A stretch of DNA of 64,000 nt. It comes from an uncultured Candidatus Rokubacteria bacterium (GTDB lineage Bacteria; Methylomirabilota; Methylomirabilia; Rokubacteriales; CSP1-6). Position numbers and translations under genes: made by a program. The stretch covers positions 672,001 to 736,000 of the forward strand of contig CAVWFS010000018.1 of assembly GCA_963754315.1 (NCBI GenBank). The letters run 5' to 3'. Of the stretch, positions 10,802 to 21,536 are shown in pieces. The notes beneath the pieces are model-generated. The model was not told the DNA's origin, did no database searches, and saw only the letters and a list, made by a program, of their open reading frames with translations. Within the stretch, counting starts at the first letter, position 1, and each line of letters begins with the position of its first letter.

Positions 10802-11196
10802 TGGCGGTGCTGGAGCGTTCGTACGGAACGGGTCGTCGAAAGACCTCCGTGGCGCGTGTGTGGATCAAGCCCGGATCCGGCCGCATCGTGGTGAATCGTC
10901 GGTCGTTCGAGAACTACTTCCCGCGCGAGACCCTGCGCATGATCATCGCCCAGCCGTTTCAGGTGACTGGTACCGATGGTCAGTTCGACGTCGCTGTGAA
11001 CGTGGGCGGTGGCGGGCCAACCGGCCAAGCGGGAGCCGTACGTCACGGCATCGCGCGCGCTCTGGTGCGCCACGACGACAAGCTCCGCCTACCCCTGAAG
11101 AAGGCCGGACTCCTCACGCGTGATCCGCGGATGCGCGAACGCAAGAAGTACGGGCAGCCGGGCGCCCGCCAGAAATTCCAGTATTCGAAGCGGTAG
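10801..11196 (+). CDS. rpsI: 30S ribosomal protein S9
   Basis: [47 protein letters not shown]. Confidence 0.97.
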   Translation: MAVLERSYGTGRRKTSVARVWIKPGSGRIVVNRRSFENYFPRETLRMIIAQPFQVTGTDGQFDVAVNVGGGGPTGQAGAVRHGIARALVRHDDKLRLPLKKAGLLTRDPRMRERKKYGQPGARQKFQYSKR

Positions 11197-11211
11197 GGCG
11201 GGGCCGGGGTG

Positions 11212-12264
11212 ATGTCGATTCGCGTGGCCGTCGCCGGGGCGAGCGGATACATCGGTGCCGAGCTCATCCGGCTCCTGCTCCGTCATCCACGGGTTGAATT
11301 GACGGCGGTGACGTCGGAGCGGCTGGCCGGGGAGCGGCTCGATCGAGCGTATGCCCACCTACGAGGTCTCACCGACCTCGTGTTCCACGACCTCGATGCC
11401 GACTGGCTAGCGGGGGCGGCCGACGTGACCATGCTCGCCCTGCCGCACTTGGAGTCGCAACGCGTGGTTCCCGTTTTGCGCCGGCACGGCCGTCGGGCGA
11501 TCGACCTCTCAGCGGACTACCGCCTGCGCGATGCGAACGACTACGTCACCTGGTACAAGGCGGCCCATGTGGATCCATCGGGGCTAGCCGAGGCGGTCTA
11601 CGGGATGCCGGAGTTGCATCGCAAGGCCATTGTCGGCGCTTCCCTGGTCGCCGTGCCGGGGTGCTATCCGGCGGGCGCCATTCTGGCCACGGCGCCGCTA
11701 TTCAGAGCGGGCATGGCGCGAGCAGACGGTATCGTCGTGGACGGTAAGTCGGGGGTGACGGGGGCGGGGGCCCAGGGTCGAAAGATCGACCCCATGTATC
11801 TCTATACCGAGGCCAACGAGAATGTGCAGGCCTATGGGCTCGGTTTCCATCGACACACTGCGGAGATGGAGCAGGAGATGAGCGCTCTGCTGGGGGAGAC
11901 GATCCGGGTGTCCTTCACCCCGCATCTTCTGCCTCTCAACCGAGGGCTGTTCACGACCGTCTCGGTTCCACTGGCCCGCTCGATCTCGACTGCCGAGCTC
12001 GTCCGCTGCTACCGCGAGTTCTATGCCGGGGAGCCGTTCGTGCGCGTCGCGGACGAGGGGGGCTACCCCACCACGCGGCACGTAGTCGGCTCCAACTTCT
12101 GCGACGTCACGGTGATCGCCGACCCCCGTACACAGCGCGCCACGTGTGTCTCCGCCCTCGACAACCTCGGTAAGGGCGGATCGGCGAACGGTATTCACAA
12201 TCTCAACGTGATGATGGGATGGGACGAGCGTACCGGCCTCGACGCTCCGCCCACGTATCCCTAG
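11212..12264 (+). CDS. argC: N-acetyl-gamma-glutamyl-phosphate reductase
   Basis: GASGYIGAEL, IDLSADYRL, VPGCYP, KSGVTGAG, LDNLGKG. Confidence 0.95.
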   Translation: MSIRVAVAGASGYIGAELIRLLLRHPRVELTAVTSERLAGERLDRAYAHLRGLTDLVFHDLDADWLAGAADVTMLALPHLESQRVVPVLRRHGRRAIDLSADYRLRDANDYVTWYKAAHVDPSGLAEAVYGMPELHRKAIVGASLVAVPGCYPAGAILATAPLFRAGMARADGIVVDGKSGVTGAGAQGRKIDPMYLYTEANENVQAYGLGFHRHTAEMEQEMSALLGETIRVSFTPHLLPLNRGLFTTVSVPLARSISTAELVRCYREFYAGEPFVRVADEGGYPTTRHVVGSNFCDVTVIADPRTQRATCVSALDNLGKGGSANGIHNLNVMMGWDERTGLDAPPTYP

Positions 12265-12302
12265 CCGCCACCATGCTGAGTCCAGGACCGGGCGCTCGGT
12301 AG

Positions 12303-13517
12303 ATGCCCGAATTGGAGTGGCTAGACGGCGGAGTGACGGCCGTCCCCGGGATTCTGGCGGGGGCGGTGGCGGGGGGTATCAAGCCGAGCGGCAAGAAAGA
12401 TTTGGCCTTGGTGCACTCCCCAACGCCAGCGCGGGTCGCCGCGGTCTTCACCTCGAACCAGGTCAAGGGGGCGCCCGTCCTCGTGTCGATGGAGCACGCC
12501 CGCGGTGGCGTGGCCCAAGCCATCATTGCCTCCAGCGGGTGTGCCAACGTCTGCACGGGCGAGCAAGGGATCCGCGACGCGCGCGAGATGACCAAATCGG
12601 TGGCTGACCTCTTGCGGATCTCGCCCCAGCACGTCTTGATCGCGTCCACCGGGGTCATCGGCGTTCCGCTTCCGATGGATCGAATCCGTGGAGCGCTGCC
12701 GAAGCTGGTCAAAGCCCTCTCCCCCCAGGGGGGTCGTGCGGCCGCCGAGGCCATCATGACCACTGACACGCGGCCCAAGGAGGCGGCGCTCCGGGTGGAG
12801 GTAAGCGGGCGCCCCATCACGCTCGGTGGCATGGCCAAGGGGGTGGGGATGATCGAGCCACACCTGGCCACCATGTTCTGTTTCGTCACCACCGATGCCG
12901 TGATTGCGCGCGACGCCCTGGCCGGTATCACGCGGCGGGCGGTTGACCGATCGTTCAACCGCATCAGCGTGGATAGTGATCAGTCGACGAGTGACACCGT
13001 CGCCGTACTGGCCAACGGACTGGCCGAGAACGCCGCCCTCGAGCGAGGCAGCCGAGGGCTCCGCCAGTTCGCGCGGGGGCTGGAAGCCCTGATGGACCGG
13101 CTGGCGCGTATGCTCATCGTCGACGGGGAAGGGGCTACCAAGCTGGTCACGATCAGCGTGCGGGGGGCGGCCTCTCGCCGCGATGCCACCGTCGCTGCCC
13201 GCAGCGTGGCGAACTCCCCGCTGGTGAAGACGGCCATCAACGGGCAGGACCCCAACTGGGGGCGCATCATGATGGCGCTCGGAAAGGCGCCCGCGCGGGT
13301 GGAACAGGCGCGGGTGAGCATCGCCTTCGGCGAGGAGACCATCGTCGAGCGCGGGATGCTGCGCGAGGGCGTACGGCTCGAGAAGATCCACGAGGTGATG
13401 ACCCAGGCCGAGTACGCCATTACCATCGATCTGGGCCTGGGCTCGGGTGAGGACAGGGTGGTGACGTGCGACCTCTCCGAGGAATACGTCCGCATCAACG
13501 CCAAGTACACGACATGA
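12303..13517 (+). CDS. argJ: Bifunctional ornithine acetyltransferase / N-acetylglutamate synthase
   Basis: [53 protein letters not shown]. Confidence 0.95.
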   Translation: MPELEWLDGGVTAVPGILAGAVAGGIKPSGKKDLALVHSPTPARVAAVFTSNQVKGAPVLVSMEHARGGVAQAIIASSGCANVCTGEQGIRDAREMTKSVADLLRISPQHVLIASTGVIGVPLPMDRIRGALPKLVKALSPQGGRAAAEAIMTTDTRPKEAALRVEVSGRPITLGGMAKGVGMIEPHLATMFCFVTTDAVIARDALAGITRRAVDRSFNRISVDSDQSTSDTVAVLANGLAENAALERGSRGLRQFARGLEALMDRLARMLIVDGEGATKLVTISVRGAASRRDATVAARSVANSPLVKTAINGQDPNWGRIMMALGKAPARVEQARVSIAFGEETIVERGMLREGVRLEKIHEVMTQAEYAITIDLGLGSGEDRVVTCDLSEEYVRINAKYTT

Positions 13518-13524
13518 CGCACAT

Positions 13525-13602
13525 GATCACGCACGCCGCGACACCATCGGTGCGGAGCCCGGGTGGCTCCGAGCGCGCGGCGGAGGCACAACCGAGGGAG
13601 GA
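13525..13602 (+). ncRNA. rpsB 5' leader (S2 autoregulatory, t44-like)
   Basis: GGAGCCCGGGTGGCTCC hairpin inside GCCGCG...CGCGGC pairing, then GGAGGCACAACC, resembling the rpsB-leader motif, just before the SD. Confidence 0.65.
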
Positions 13603-13605
13603 ATC

Positions 13606-14367
13606 ATGGCCGCATTGACGATGAAGGAATTGTTGGAGGCCGGCGTGCATTTCGGCCACCAGACCAAGCGTTGGAATCCCAAGATGCAGAAGTACATCTT
13701 CGGCGAGCGCAACGGCATTTACATCATTGACTTGCAAAAGACGCTCAAGAAGTTCCGCGAGGCCTACGCCTTCGTGCGTGACTTGGCGGCGGGGGGCGGG
13801 ACGGTGCTCTTCGTGGGCACCAAGAAGCAGGCGCAGGAAACGGTGCTGGAAGAGGCCGCGCGGTGCGGAATGTTCTACGTCAACCAGCGCTGGCTGGGCG
13901 GGACGCTCACCAACTTCACCACCATCCGCAAGTCCATCGCCCGCCTCAAGCGCCTCGAGGAAATGCGGGATACCGGAGAGTACGACCGGCTACCTAAGAA
14001 AGAAGCGCTCGAGCTGGAGCGGGAGCGCCAGAAGCTCGAGAAGGCCCTGGTGGGCATCAAGACGATGGAGCAGCTGCCGGCGGCAGTGTTCATCGTCGAT
14101 CCGCGCAAGGAAGCCATTGCGGTGGCGGAGGCGCAGCGGCTGGGGATCTCCATCGTGGCCATCGTGGACACCAACTGCGACCCCACTGGAATCGACTACC
14201 CCATTCCCGGCAACGACGATGCGATCCGGGCCGTGCGGCTGATTGCTTCCCGCGTGGCTGACGCCATCAACGAGGGTCGGGGCACCTTGGCCAAGGACAC
14301 TGACGAGATTGAGCCCGGCGATGGCGGGGTGGATCTCGAGATGCCCGTCGCAGTCGCGGAAGCCTGA
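13606..14367 (+). CDS. rpsB: 30S ribosomal protein S2
   Basis: [45 protein letters not shown]. Confidence 0.98.
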   Translation: MAALTMKELLEAGVHFGHQTKRWNPKMQKYIFGERNGIYIIDLQKTLKKFREAYAFVRDLAAGGGTVLFVGTKKQAQETVLEEAARCGMFYVNQRWLGGTLTNFTTIRKSIARLKRLEEMRDTGEYDRLPKKEALELERERQKLEKALVGIKTMEQLPAAVFIVDPRKEAIAVAEAQRLGISIVAIVDTNCDPTGIDYPIPGNDDAIRAVRLIASRVADAINEGRGTLAKDTDEIEPGDGGVDLEMPVAVAEA

Positions 14368-14370
14368 GCC

Positions 14371-14976
14371 GTGGCGACGGACGCGCAGACGGTCAGGGAG
14401 CTCCGGGACCAAACCGGAGCGGGAGTCATGGACTGCAAGGTCGCCCTGCAAGCCACGAGCGGCGATCTCCAGGCTGCCCTCGAGTACTTGCGCAAGAAGG
14501 GATTGGCCGACGCCGCCAAGCGCGGGCATCGGGAGACACGCGAAGGACTGGTAGAGGCGTACATCCATCCGGGTGGGAAGCTCGGCGTGCTGGTCGAGGT
14601 CGCTTGTGAGACGGACTTCGTGGCGAAGACCGATGCCTTCCGGGAGCTGGTGCGCGACCTGGCGATGCAGGTCGCAGCCGCCAATCCTGCCTACGTGTCG
14701 CGGGACGAGGTCCCGCCCCACGTACTCGAAAAGGAGCGTGAGATCTATCGTGCCCAGATGGCCGACCAGAAGAAGCCGCCGCCCGTGCTCGATAAGATCG
14801 TCGAGGGCAAGCTCGAAAAGTTCTTCAGTGAGCAGTGCCTCCTCGAGCAGGCCTTTGTGAAGGACGCCTCCGGCAAGACCCGGGTCAAGGACGTGGTCGA
14901 TGGGGTCAACGCCAAGACCCAAGAACGCATCGTCATCAAGCGCTTTGCCCGCTTCAGGATCGGCGAGGGGGGGTAG
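14371..14976 (+). CDS. tsf: Elongation factor Ts (short form)
   Basis: LRDQTGAGVMDCK, EVACETDFVA, CLLEQAFVKD. Confidence 0.97.
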   Translation: MATDAQTVRELRDQTGAGVMDCKVALQATSGDLQAALEYLRKKGLADAAKRGHRETREGLVEAYIHPGGKLGVLVEVACETDFVAKTDAFRELVRDLAMQVAAANPAYVSRDEVPPHVLEKEREIYRAQMADQKKPPPVLDKIVEGKLEKFFSEQCLLEQAFVKDASGKTRVKDVVDGVNAKTQERIVIKRFARFRIGEGG

Positions 14977-14979
14977 ACC

Positions 14980-15723
14980 ATGGCGGCGGACGCCGGTTGC
15001 TCACGCCCGGCCTACCGCCGAGTAGTCCTGAAGCTCTCGGGAGAGGCGCTGGCCGGGAACCTCGGCTACGGCATCGACCCTCCCGTACTCTCCCGGATCG
15101 GCCAGGAAGTACGCGACGTGGCCGGGCTGGGAGTTCAAGTGGCCATCGTCATCGGAGGCGGGAACATCTTCCGTGGCATTGCCGCCAGCGCCGGGGGGAT
15201 GGAGCGGGCCACCGCAGACTACATGGGTATGCTGGCCACCGTGATCAACGCGCTCGCGCTCCAGGACGCTCTTGAGAAAGCCGGGCTACAGACCCGAGTT
15301 CTCTCGGCCATCGAGATGCGTGCGGTGGCGGAGCCGTACATCCGACGGCGCGCGATTCGCCACCTCGAGAAGGGGCGGGTGGTCATCTTCGCGGCGGGTA
15401 CCGGCAATCCCTTCTTCACCACCGACACGGCGGGCGCGCTGCGTGCAATCGAGATCGGGGCCGACGTGATCATGAAGGCCACCAAGGTCGACGGCATCTA
15501 CACCGCCGATCCCAAACGCGACGCCGGCGCCGAGCGCCTGGAGCGGGTGACGTACATCGACGTCCTCAGCCGACGGCTCGAGGTGATGGACACCACCGCT
15601 ATTTCGCTGTGTATGGAAAACTCACTGCCCATCGTCGTGTTCGACCTCACCAGCACGGGGAACATCAGGCGAATCGTGCTCGGCGAGCCGGTCGGTTCCA
15701 TCGTGTCGTCCACGGGAGGGTGA
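14980..15723 (+). CDS. pyrH: UMP kinase
   Basis: [35 protein letters not shown]. Confidence 0.97.
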   Translation: MAADAGCSRPAYRRVVLKLSGEALAGNLGYGIDPPVLSRIGQEVRDVAGLGVQVAIVIGGGNIFRGIAASAGGMERATADYMGMLATVINALALQDALEKAGLQTRVLSAIEMRAVAEPYIRRRAIRHLEKGRVVIFAAGTGNPFFTTDTAGALRAIEIGADVIMKATKVDGIYTADPKRDAGAERLERVTYIDVLSRRLEVMDTTAISLCMENSLPIVVFDLTSTGNIRRIVLGEPVGSIVSSTGG

Positions 15724-15724
15724 C

Positions 15725-16279
15725 ATGCAGGCACTCATGAAGGAAACAGAGGCCCGTATGGTGGCCGCCGTCGATGCCCTGTCCCGCGAGCTGGCTTCCA
15801 TTCGCACAGGACGGGCCTCGGCCAGCTTGCTCGATACGATCCGGGTCGACTACTACGGGACGATTACCGCGCTCAACCAGATGGCGTCGATCACCGTCCC
15901 CGATGCACGCACCATTACCATTCAGCCCTGGGAGATTGGGCAGCTCAAGGCGATCGAGAAGGCCATCGTGGCGTCCGATCTCGGCCTCACCCCGATGAAC
16001 GACGGCAAGATCATCCGCCTCACCCTGCCCACCCTGACCGAAGAACGCCGCAAGCAGTTGGCCAAGACGGTGGGCAAAGTGGCCGAGGAAGGACGCGTGG
16101 CCATCCGCAATCTCCGGCGCGAAACGAACGACAAGCTCAAGGCCATGGCCAAGGACAAGAAGGTCTCGGAGGACGAAGAGCGTCGCGGCCATGAACAGAT
16201 CCAGAAGACGACCGATCGCTTCATCGCCAAGGTGGACGAGCTGCTGAAGAAAAAGGAAGGGGAGATCCTCACCATCTAG
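15725..16279 (+). CDS. frr: Ribosome recycling factor
   Basis: IRTGRAS, VDYYG, LTEERRKQL, RVAIRNLRR. Confidence 0.97.
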   Translation: MQALMKETEARMVAAVDALSRELASIRTGRASASLLDTIRVDYYGTITALNQMASITVPDARTITIQPWEIGQLKAIEKAIVASDLGLTPMNDGKIIRLTLPTLTEERRKQLAKTVGKVAEEGRVAIRNLRRETNDKLKAMAKDKKVSEDEERRGHEQIQKTTDRFIAKVDELLKKKEGEILTI

Positions 16280-16283
16280 TCTA

Positions 16284-17075
16284 ATGGGGCCATCGATGGC
16301 GGCTCTACGATCTCGGGGCTCGTTGCCGGTGAGACCGGTCGGCGAAGAGGCAAGGCTTCTCGACGCTTTGCGCTCGCACCCTGTACCCGAGCACGTGGCC
16401 ATCATCATGGACGGCAATGGCCGGTGGGCCACTCGGCGCGGGCGGCCGCGGATGGTTGGCCATCGAGAAGGCGTGAAGACCGCCCGGCGCATCGTGGCGG
16501 CGGCGGGGACGGCCGGCCTCCGCTACTTGACGCTCTTCGCCTTCTCCACCGAGAACTGGAGCCGCCCGCAGGCGGAAGTCCTGACTCTCATGAGCTTGCT
16601 CGAGAAGTCCGTCGCGGCTGAGCTACCCGACCTCATGCGACAGAACGTCCGCCTGCGCGTGCTCGGCCGACCCCACCGGGTCCCCGAGGCCGTCCAACGC
16701 GGTATCGACCGCGTAGTCCGCGAGACGGCTGACAACACAGGCCTCACCCTGCTCATGGCCTTCAATTACGGGGGGCGTGACGAACTGCTCGACGCCGTGC
16801 GGGCGATAGCCCGCCAGGTGAAGACAGGCGAGCTTGACCCTGACGACATCGGCGAGAAGCACGTGGCGCGCGCCCTGTACACGGCAGACGTGCCGGACCC
16901 CGATCTGCTCATCAGGACCAGCGGGGAGATGCGGATCTCGAACTTCCTGCTGTGGCAGATCGCGTACACCGAGCTGTGGATCACGCCGATCCTGTGGCCC
17001 GATTTCGGAGCGGTCGATCTGTATCGGGCTATCGTGGAGTTTCAGGGACGAACGCGCCGTTTCGGCGGGGTGTGA
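16284..17075 (+). CDS. uppS: Undecaprenyl diphosphate synthase
   Basis: HVAIIMDGNGRWA, AFSTENWSRP, NYGGRDE, RTSGEMRISNFLLWQ; exact start uncertain. Confidence 0.95.
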   Translation: MGPSMAALRSRGSLPVRPVGEEARLLDALRSHPVPEHVAIIMDGNGRWATRRGRPRMVGHREGVKTARRIVAAAGTAGLRYLTLFAFSTENWSRPQAEVLTLMSLLEKSVAAELPDLMRQNVRLRVLGRPHRVPEAVQRGIDRVVRETADNTGLTLLMAFNYGGRDELLDAVRAIARQVKTGELDPDDIGEKHVARALYTADVPDPDLLIRTSGEMRISNFLLWQIAYTELWITPILWPDFGAVDLYRAIVEFQGRTRRFGGV

Positions 17076-17917
17076 TGGAGACCGCGGAGGTTGCTTCCGT
17101 ACAAGGTGCCGGCGTGTCCAGCGGGCTGAGGAAGCGCGTGGTGAGCGCCGTGGTTCTGGTCCCCATCATGGTGTGGATCGTGGCGGGGGCTCCCGCCTGG
17201 CTGTTCACCACCGTCGTGGTCGTGGTGAGCGGCGCGGTCGCGTGGGAGTTTGGCAGGCTCTTCGAGCGGGCCGGCCACGCCATCCAGCCGGTGCTCATCG
17301 TGCTCTGCACGGCGGCGGTGACGGCAAGCTTTCTGGTGCCTGGTGCTCCCATTGCGGTGCTGGTGGGCGTCACCGTCCTCCTCCTTGCGTCGCCTCTGGT
17401 GGCCGCAGGTCCCGTGTCGAGTGAGGGAACGACGGTCGGGCTCACCTGCCTGTGCTACGCGGGTGTTCTTCTGGGACATGCGCTTCTCCTACATCAACTG
17501 CCCGATGGCCGGGCGCTGATCCTATTTTTGCTCGCGGTGACCTGGGCCGGCGAGAGCGCCGCCTATGTGGTGGGTTCGACCGTTGGGCGACATCAGCTGG
17601 CGCGGACCATCAGCCCTGGTAAGACCGTTGAGGGCGCGGTCGGTCAACTGCTCGCCTCCCTGGGGGTCGCCCTTGGGCTCGGGTGGTTGGTGCCGGGCTG
17701 GTCGCCAATCGAGTCGGCGGGGGCCGGCCTCCTGTTAGGGGTCGTCGGACAAATCGGGGATTTGGCAGAGTCTCAGATCAAGCGAAGCGTCGGAGCGAAG
17801 GACGCGGGGGCCCTCATCCCAGGCCACGGTGGCCTGCTGGACCGAATCGACGGTCTTCTGTTCAACGCGCCTGCGCTCTTCTACTACTGGGTGGGCGTCT
17901 TGGGAGGGCGCGCATGA
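17075..17917 (+). CDS. cdsA: Phosphatidate cytidylyltransferase
   Basis: ISPGKTVEG, GDLAESQIKR, IPGHGGLLDRIDG. Confidence 0.95.
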   Translation: METAEVASVQGAGVSSGLRKRVVSAVVLVPIMVWIVAGAPAWLFTTVVVVVSGAVAWEFGRLFERAGHAIQPVLIVLCTAAVTASFLVPGAPIAVLVGVTVLLLASPLVAAGPVSSEGTTVGLTCLCYAGVLLGHALLLHQLPDGRALILFLLAVTWAGESAAYVVGSTVGRHQLARTISPGKTVEGAVGQLLASLGVALGLGWLVPGWSPIESAGAGLLLGVVGQIGDLAESQIKRSVGAKDAGALIPGHGGLLDRIDGLLFNAPALFYYWVGVLGGRA

Positions 17918-19089
17918 AACGTCTTACCATCCTGGGCGCCACCGGGTCCGTTGGCCTGCGAGCCCTCGAGCTGGTCTCGAGCTTTCCCGAGGAGTTTCGG
18001 GTGGTTGGCCTCGCCGCGCGGGGCTCCAACATCGACCTGCTCGCCGATCTCTGCCGCAAGTACGGACCCAAGGCGGTGGCCCTGCTCGATGAGGGGGCCG
18101 TCGATCGCCTCGCCGCCGTGCTGCCGGCTCCGCGGCCGGAGCTCCTCCGCGGGCCGGCCGGACTGATTGAGCTGGCTGGCCAAGTGGACGCCGATATCGT
18201 GATCTCCGCGCTGGTGGGGGCGGCAGGCTTGCTTCCCACCATGGCCGCCATTCGGGCGGGCCGAACGCTCGCCCTCGCCAACAAGGAAACTCTCGTCATG
18301 GCGGGCAGCCTCATGACGGCGGCCGCCCGCGCGCGGGATGTAGCGCTTCTGCCCGTGGATTCCGAGCACAGCGCAGTGTTTCAATGTCTGCAGGGGCACA
18401 ACCGGCAGGATGTGCACCGCATCCTCCTCACGGCGTCCGGTGGGCCTTTCCGTAATCGGCCCAAGGACGCGTTTGAGTCCATCACCGTGGAGGATGCCCT
18501 TCGTCATCCCACCTGGAAGATGGGCGCCAAGATCACCATCGATTCGGCAACCCTGATGAACAAGGGTCTCGAGATCATCGAGGCACGCTGGCTGTTCGAC
18601 CTGGCGCCTGACCGCATCGCGGTCGTCGTGCACCCACAGTCGATCGTCCACTCCATGGTCGAGTACATCGACGGATCGATCATCGCGCAACTCGGGGTCG
18701 CCGACATGGGGGTGCCTATCCTCTATGCCTTGACCTACCCGGAGCGTCGCCCCACGCCCGCCGCTCGGCTCGACCTCGCGCGGATTGGCCAGCTGACCTT
18801 CGAGGAGCCCGACACCGACCGGTTCCCCTGCCTTGCTCTGGCGCGTGCCGCCCTGACGCAGGGTGCCCGGGCCCCGGTCGTGCTCAACGCCGCCAACGAA
18901 GTCGCGGTGGCAGCTTTCCTCGAACGCCGCCTCGGATTTGCGGATATCCCTATACTGATCGAGCGGGCTCTCTCGGCTGATCCCGGGGGAGGCTTAAACT
19001 CCATCGAAGAGTGTGTCGCGGTCGACGGTGAGACACGTCGGCGCGTGCAGGCGCTCGTCGATCAGCGTGCGGGAGGGCGATCGAAGTGA
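17914..19089 (+). CDS. dxr: 1-deoxy-D-xylulose-5-phosphate reductoisomerase
   Basis: ILGATGSVG, LANKETLV, PVDSEHSA, HPTWKMGAKITIDSATLMNKGLE. Confidence 0.97.
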   Translation: MKRLTILGATGSVGLRALELVSSFPEEFRVVGLAARGSNIDLLADLCRKYGPKAVALLDEGAVDRLAAVLPAPRPELLRGPAGLIELAGQVDADIVISALVGAAGLLPTMAAIRAGRTLALANKETLVMAGSLMTAAARARDVALLPVDSEHSAVFQCLQGHNRQDVHRILLTASGGPFRNRPKDAFESITVEDALRHPTWKMGAKITIDSATLMNKGLEIIEARWLFDLAPDRIAVVVHPQSIVHSMVEYIDGSIIAQLGVADMGVPILYALTYPERRPTPAARLDLARIGQLTFEEPDTDRFPCLALARAALTQGARAPVVLNAANEVAVAAFLERRLGFADIPILIERALSADPGGGLNSIEECVAVDGETRRRVQALVDQRAGGRSK

Positions 19090-20448
19090 CCACGGTCGTA
19101 TCGTTCATTGTCGTCATCGGGGTCCTGATCCTGATTCACGAGCTTGGCCACTTCATCATGGCGCGGCTGACCGGGGTCGGTGTGGAGCGGTTTTCCATCG
19201 GCTTCGGCCCCGTGCTCCTGCGCTGGCGCGGCAAGGAGACCGAGTACTGCCTGTCCGCGATTCCCATGGGCGGATACGTAAAGATGGTCGGCGAGGAGAA
19301 CCCGCTCGAAGGCGGTGGGTCGGCGGCCTCCGATCCTGCGAAAGCCTTTGCCACCAAGCCCCTCTGGGCCCGCTTCCTCATCGTCTTCGCTGGCCCGGCG
19401 ATGAACTTCGTCCTGGCCGCCGTGATCTTCGCCATCGTGCTCGGTACCGTGGGCCGCCCGGTGTGGCCGGCCGTGGTGGGTAAGGTCGCACCCGGGGGAC
19501 CAGCGGCAGCTCTGCAGAGCGGAGACCTTGTCGTGCGGGCGAACGGCGAGGCCGTCCGGAGCTGGGAGGATCTGGATCGGGTGATCGCCGCGTCGCATGG
19601 CCGCCCCCTGCAGCTTGTGGTAAAGCGGGCCGGCGTCGAGCAGACCCTGATGCTGACCCCGCGTCACTCCGTCACGCGCGATCCCATTTTCAAGGAACCG
19701 CGGGACACATGGGACATTGGGGCGGGTCCCCAGCTCACCCCGCAGATCGGTATCGTGAACGGCGGCTCGCCGGCAGAGCGGGCGGGGCTCAAGCCGGGGG
19801 ATGTCATCCTCGCCGTGTCTGGGGAACCGGTCTTCACGCCCGAGGATCTGATGCTGGCTATCCAGAAGCGGCCCGGGCAAACGTTCGACCTCACCGTCGA
19901 ACGGGGCGGGCAGCGCCAGACGCTCCCCGTGTCCGCCGAGCGCAAGATCGACAAGAGTCCATCCGGCGAGGAGGTCGAGGTCGGCCGCATCGGCGTGTCC
20001 ATCGTCACCCGGACCGTGAGGTACGAGCCCTATTCGCCGTTGGCCGCCGTGTGGTACGGCGGCGTACGGACGTGGGATATGACGGCTGGTGACGGTGAAG
20101 GGGTTGTGGAAGATTGTCTCCCGCCAGATCGACTCCTCGAACATTGGTGGTCCCATCCAGATCGCATCCGAAGCGGGTCGGCAGGCTCAGGAAGGGCTTG
20201 GTTCCCTCGCTCTCTTCACGGCCATCATCAGCGTGAACCTGGCCGTGCTGAACTTGCTGCCGGTGCCGATGCTCGACGGTGGCCACTTGTTGTTCTTCGT
20301 CATCGAAGCCGTGCTGGGCCGACCGCTGTCGCTCCGGAAGCGCGAGGCCGCTCAGCAGCTCGGATTCGTGCTCCTGGTCCTCCTCATGGTGTTCGCGCTC
20401 TACAACGACCTTGTGCGGATTGACGCCTTCAAGTTCCTACGCCAATAG
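19086..20448 (+). CDS. rseP: RIP metalloprotease RseP (2 PDZ domains), +1 frameshift at ~20085
   Basis: HELGH in the first frame; GGPIQIA and NLLPVPMLDGG in the +1 frame from 20086. Confidence 0.92.
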
Positions 20449-20455
20449 AGGATCT

Positions 20456-21535
20456 ATGATCACTCGGCGAAAGACTCGTCAGATTCAGGTGGGCGCGGTG
20501 AAGGTCGGAGGTCAGGCTCCGATTACCGTGCAGTCCATGACCAAGACGGACACCCGTGACGTGCAGGCAACGTTGCTGGAGATCTGGGCGTTGGAGGCGG
20601 CCGGGTGCGACATCGTACGCTGCGCTGTCCCCGTGCGGGAAGCGGCGGAGAAGCTGGGCGAGATCAAACGGCAGATCCGCATTCCGCTGGTGGCCGACAT
20701 CCACTTCAACTACAAGCTGGCTCTGATCGCCCTCGAGCAGGGCGTGGACGGGCTGCGCCTGAACCCGGGCAACATCGGGGGTGTCGCCTTCGTGCGCGAG
20801 GTCGTCAACCTGGCCAAGGAGCGGAAGATCCCCATCCGGATCGGAGTCAACGCGGGCTCACTGGAGAAGGATCTTCTGACCCGGTACCAGGGGCCGACCC
20901 CGGAAGGTATGGTGGAATCAGCCCTCCGCCACATCCGGATCCTGGAGGACCTGGACTACCCCGAGCTGAAAGTGTCGTTGAAGGCCTCCGATCCGCTGAT
21001 GATGATCGAGGCGTACCGGATGCTTGCCGAGCAGGTCGACTATCCGTTCCACCTCGGGGTGACCGAGGCGGGGACACCGGGGGTGGGCACCATCAAGTCG
21101 GCCGTAGGGCTGGGGGCGCTGCTCTCGGAGGGAATCGGCGATACCATCCGGGTGTCCCTGTCGGCCGATCCGACGGAAGAGGTTGGTGTCGGCCTCGATA
21201 TCCTCAAATCGCTCGGGCTTCGCCGCGGGGGTCTCACGTTCGTGTCCTGTCCGTCGTGCGGACGAGCGGACGTGGACCTCGTGAAGCTGGCGCGCGAGGT
21301 GGAGGCAGAGTTCAAAGGCCTGAACGAGGAGATCCACATCGCGGTGATGGGGTGCGAGGTCAATGGTCCCGGCGAGGCCCGGGCCGCCGACATCGGCGTG
21401 GCCGGGGGACGGGGGATCGGGCTGATCTTCAAGAACGGCGAGGTGATTCGCAAGGTACCGGAAGCGGACATCGTCCGCGCCATGCGGGAAGAGGTGAACA
21501 GGTTCCTCGAAGAGCGGCGGGCGACCAAGGTCTAG
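20456..21535 (+). CDS. ispG: HMBPP synthase
   Basis: VQSMT, ADIHF, RLNPGNIG, RIGVNAGSL, CPSCGR, MGCEVNGPGE. Confidence 0.97.
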   Translation: MITRRKTRQIQVGAVKVGGQAPITVQSMTKTDTRDVQATLLEIWALEAAGCDIVRCAVPVREAAEKLGEIKRQIRIPLVADIHFNYKLALIALEQGVDGLRLNPGNIGGVAFVREVVNLAKERKIPIRIGVNAGSLEKDLLTRYQGPTPEGMVESALRHIRILEDLDYPELKVSLKASDPLMMIEAYRMLAEQVDYPFHLGVTEAGTPGVGTIKSAVGLGALLSEGIGDTIRVSLSADPTEEVGVGLDILKSLGLRRGGLTFVSCPSCGRADVDLVKLAREVEAEFKGLNEEIHIAVMGCEVNGPGEARAADIGVAGGRGIGLIFKNGEVIRKVPEADIVRAMREEVNRFLEERRATKV

Positions 21536-21536
21536 G

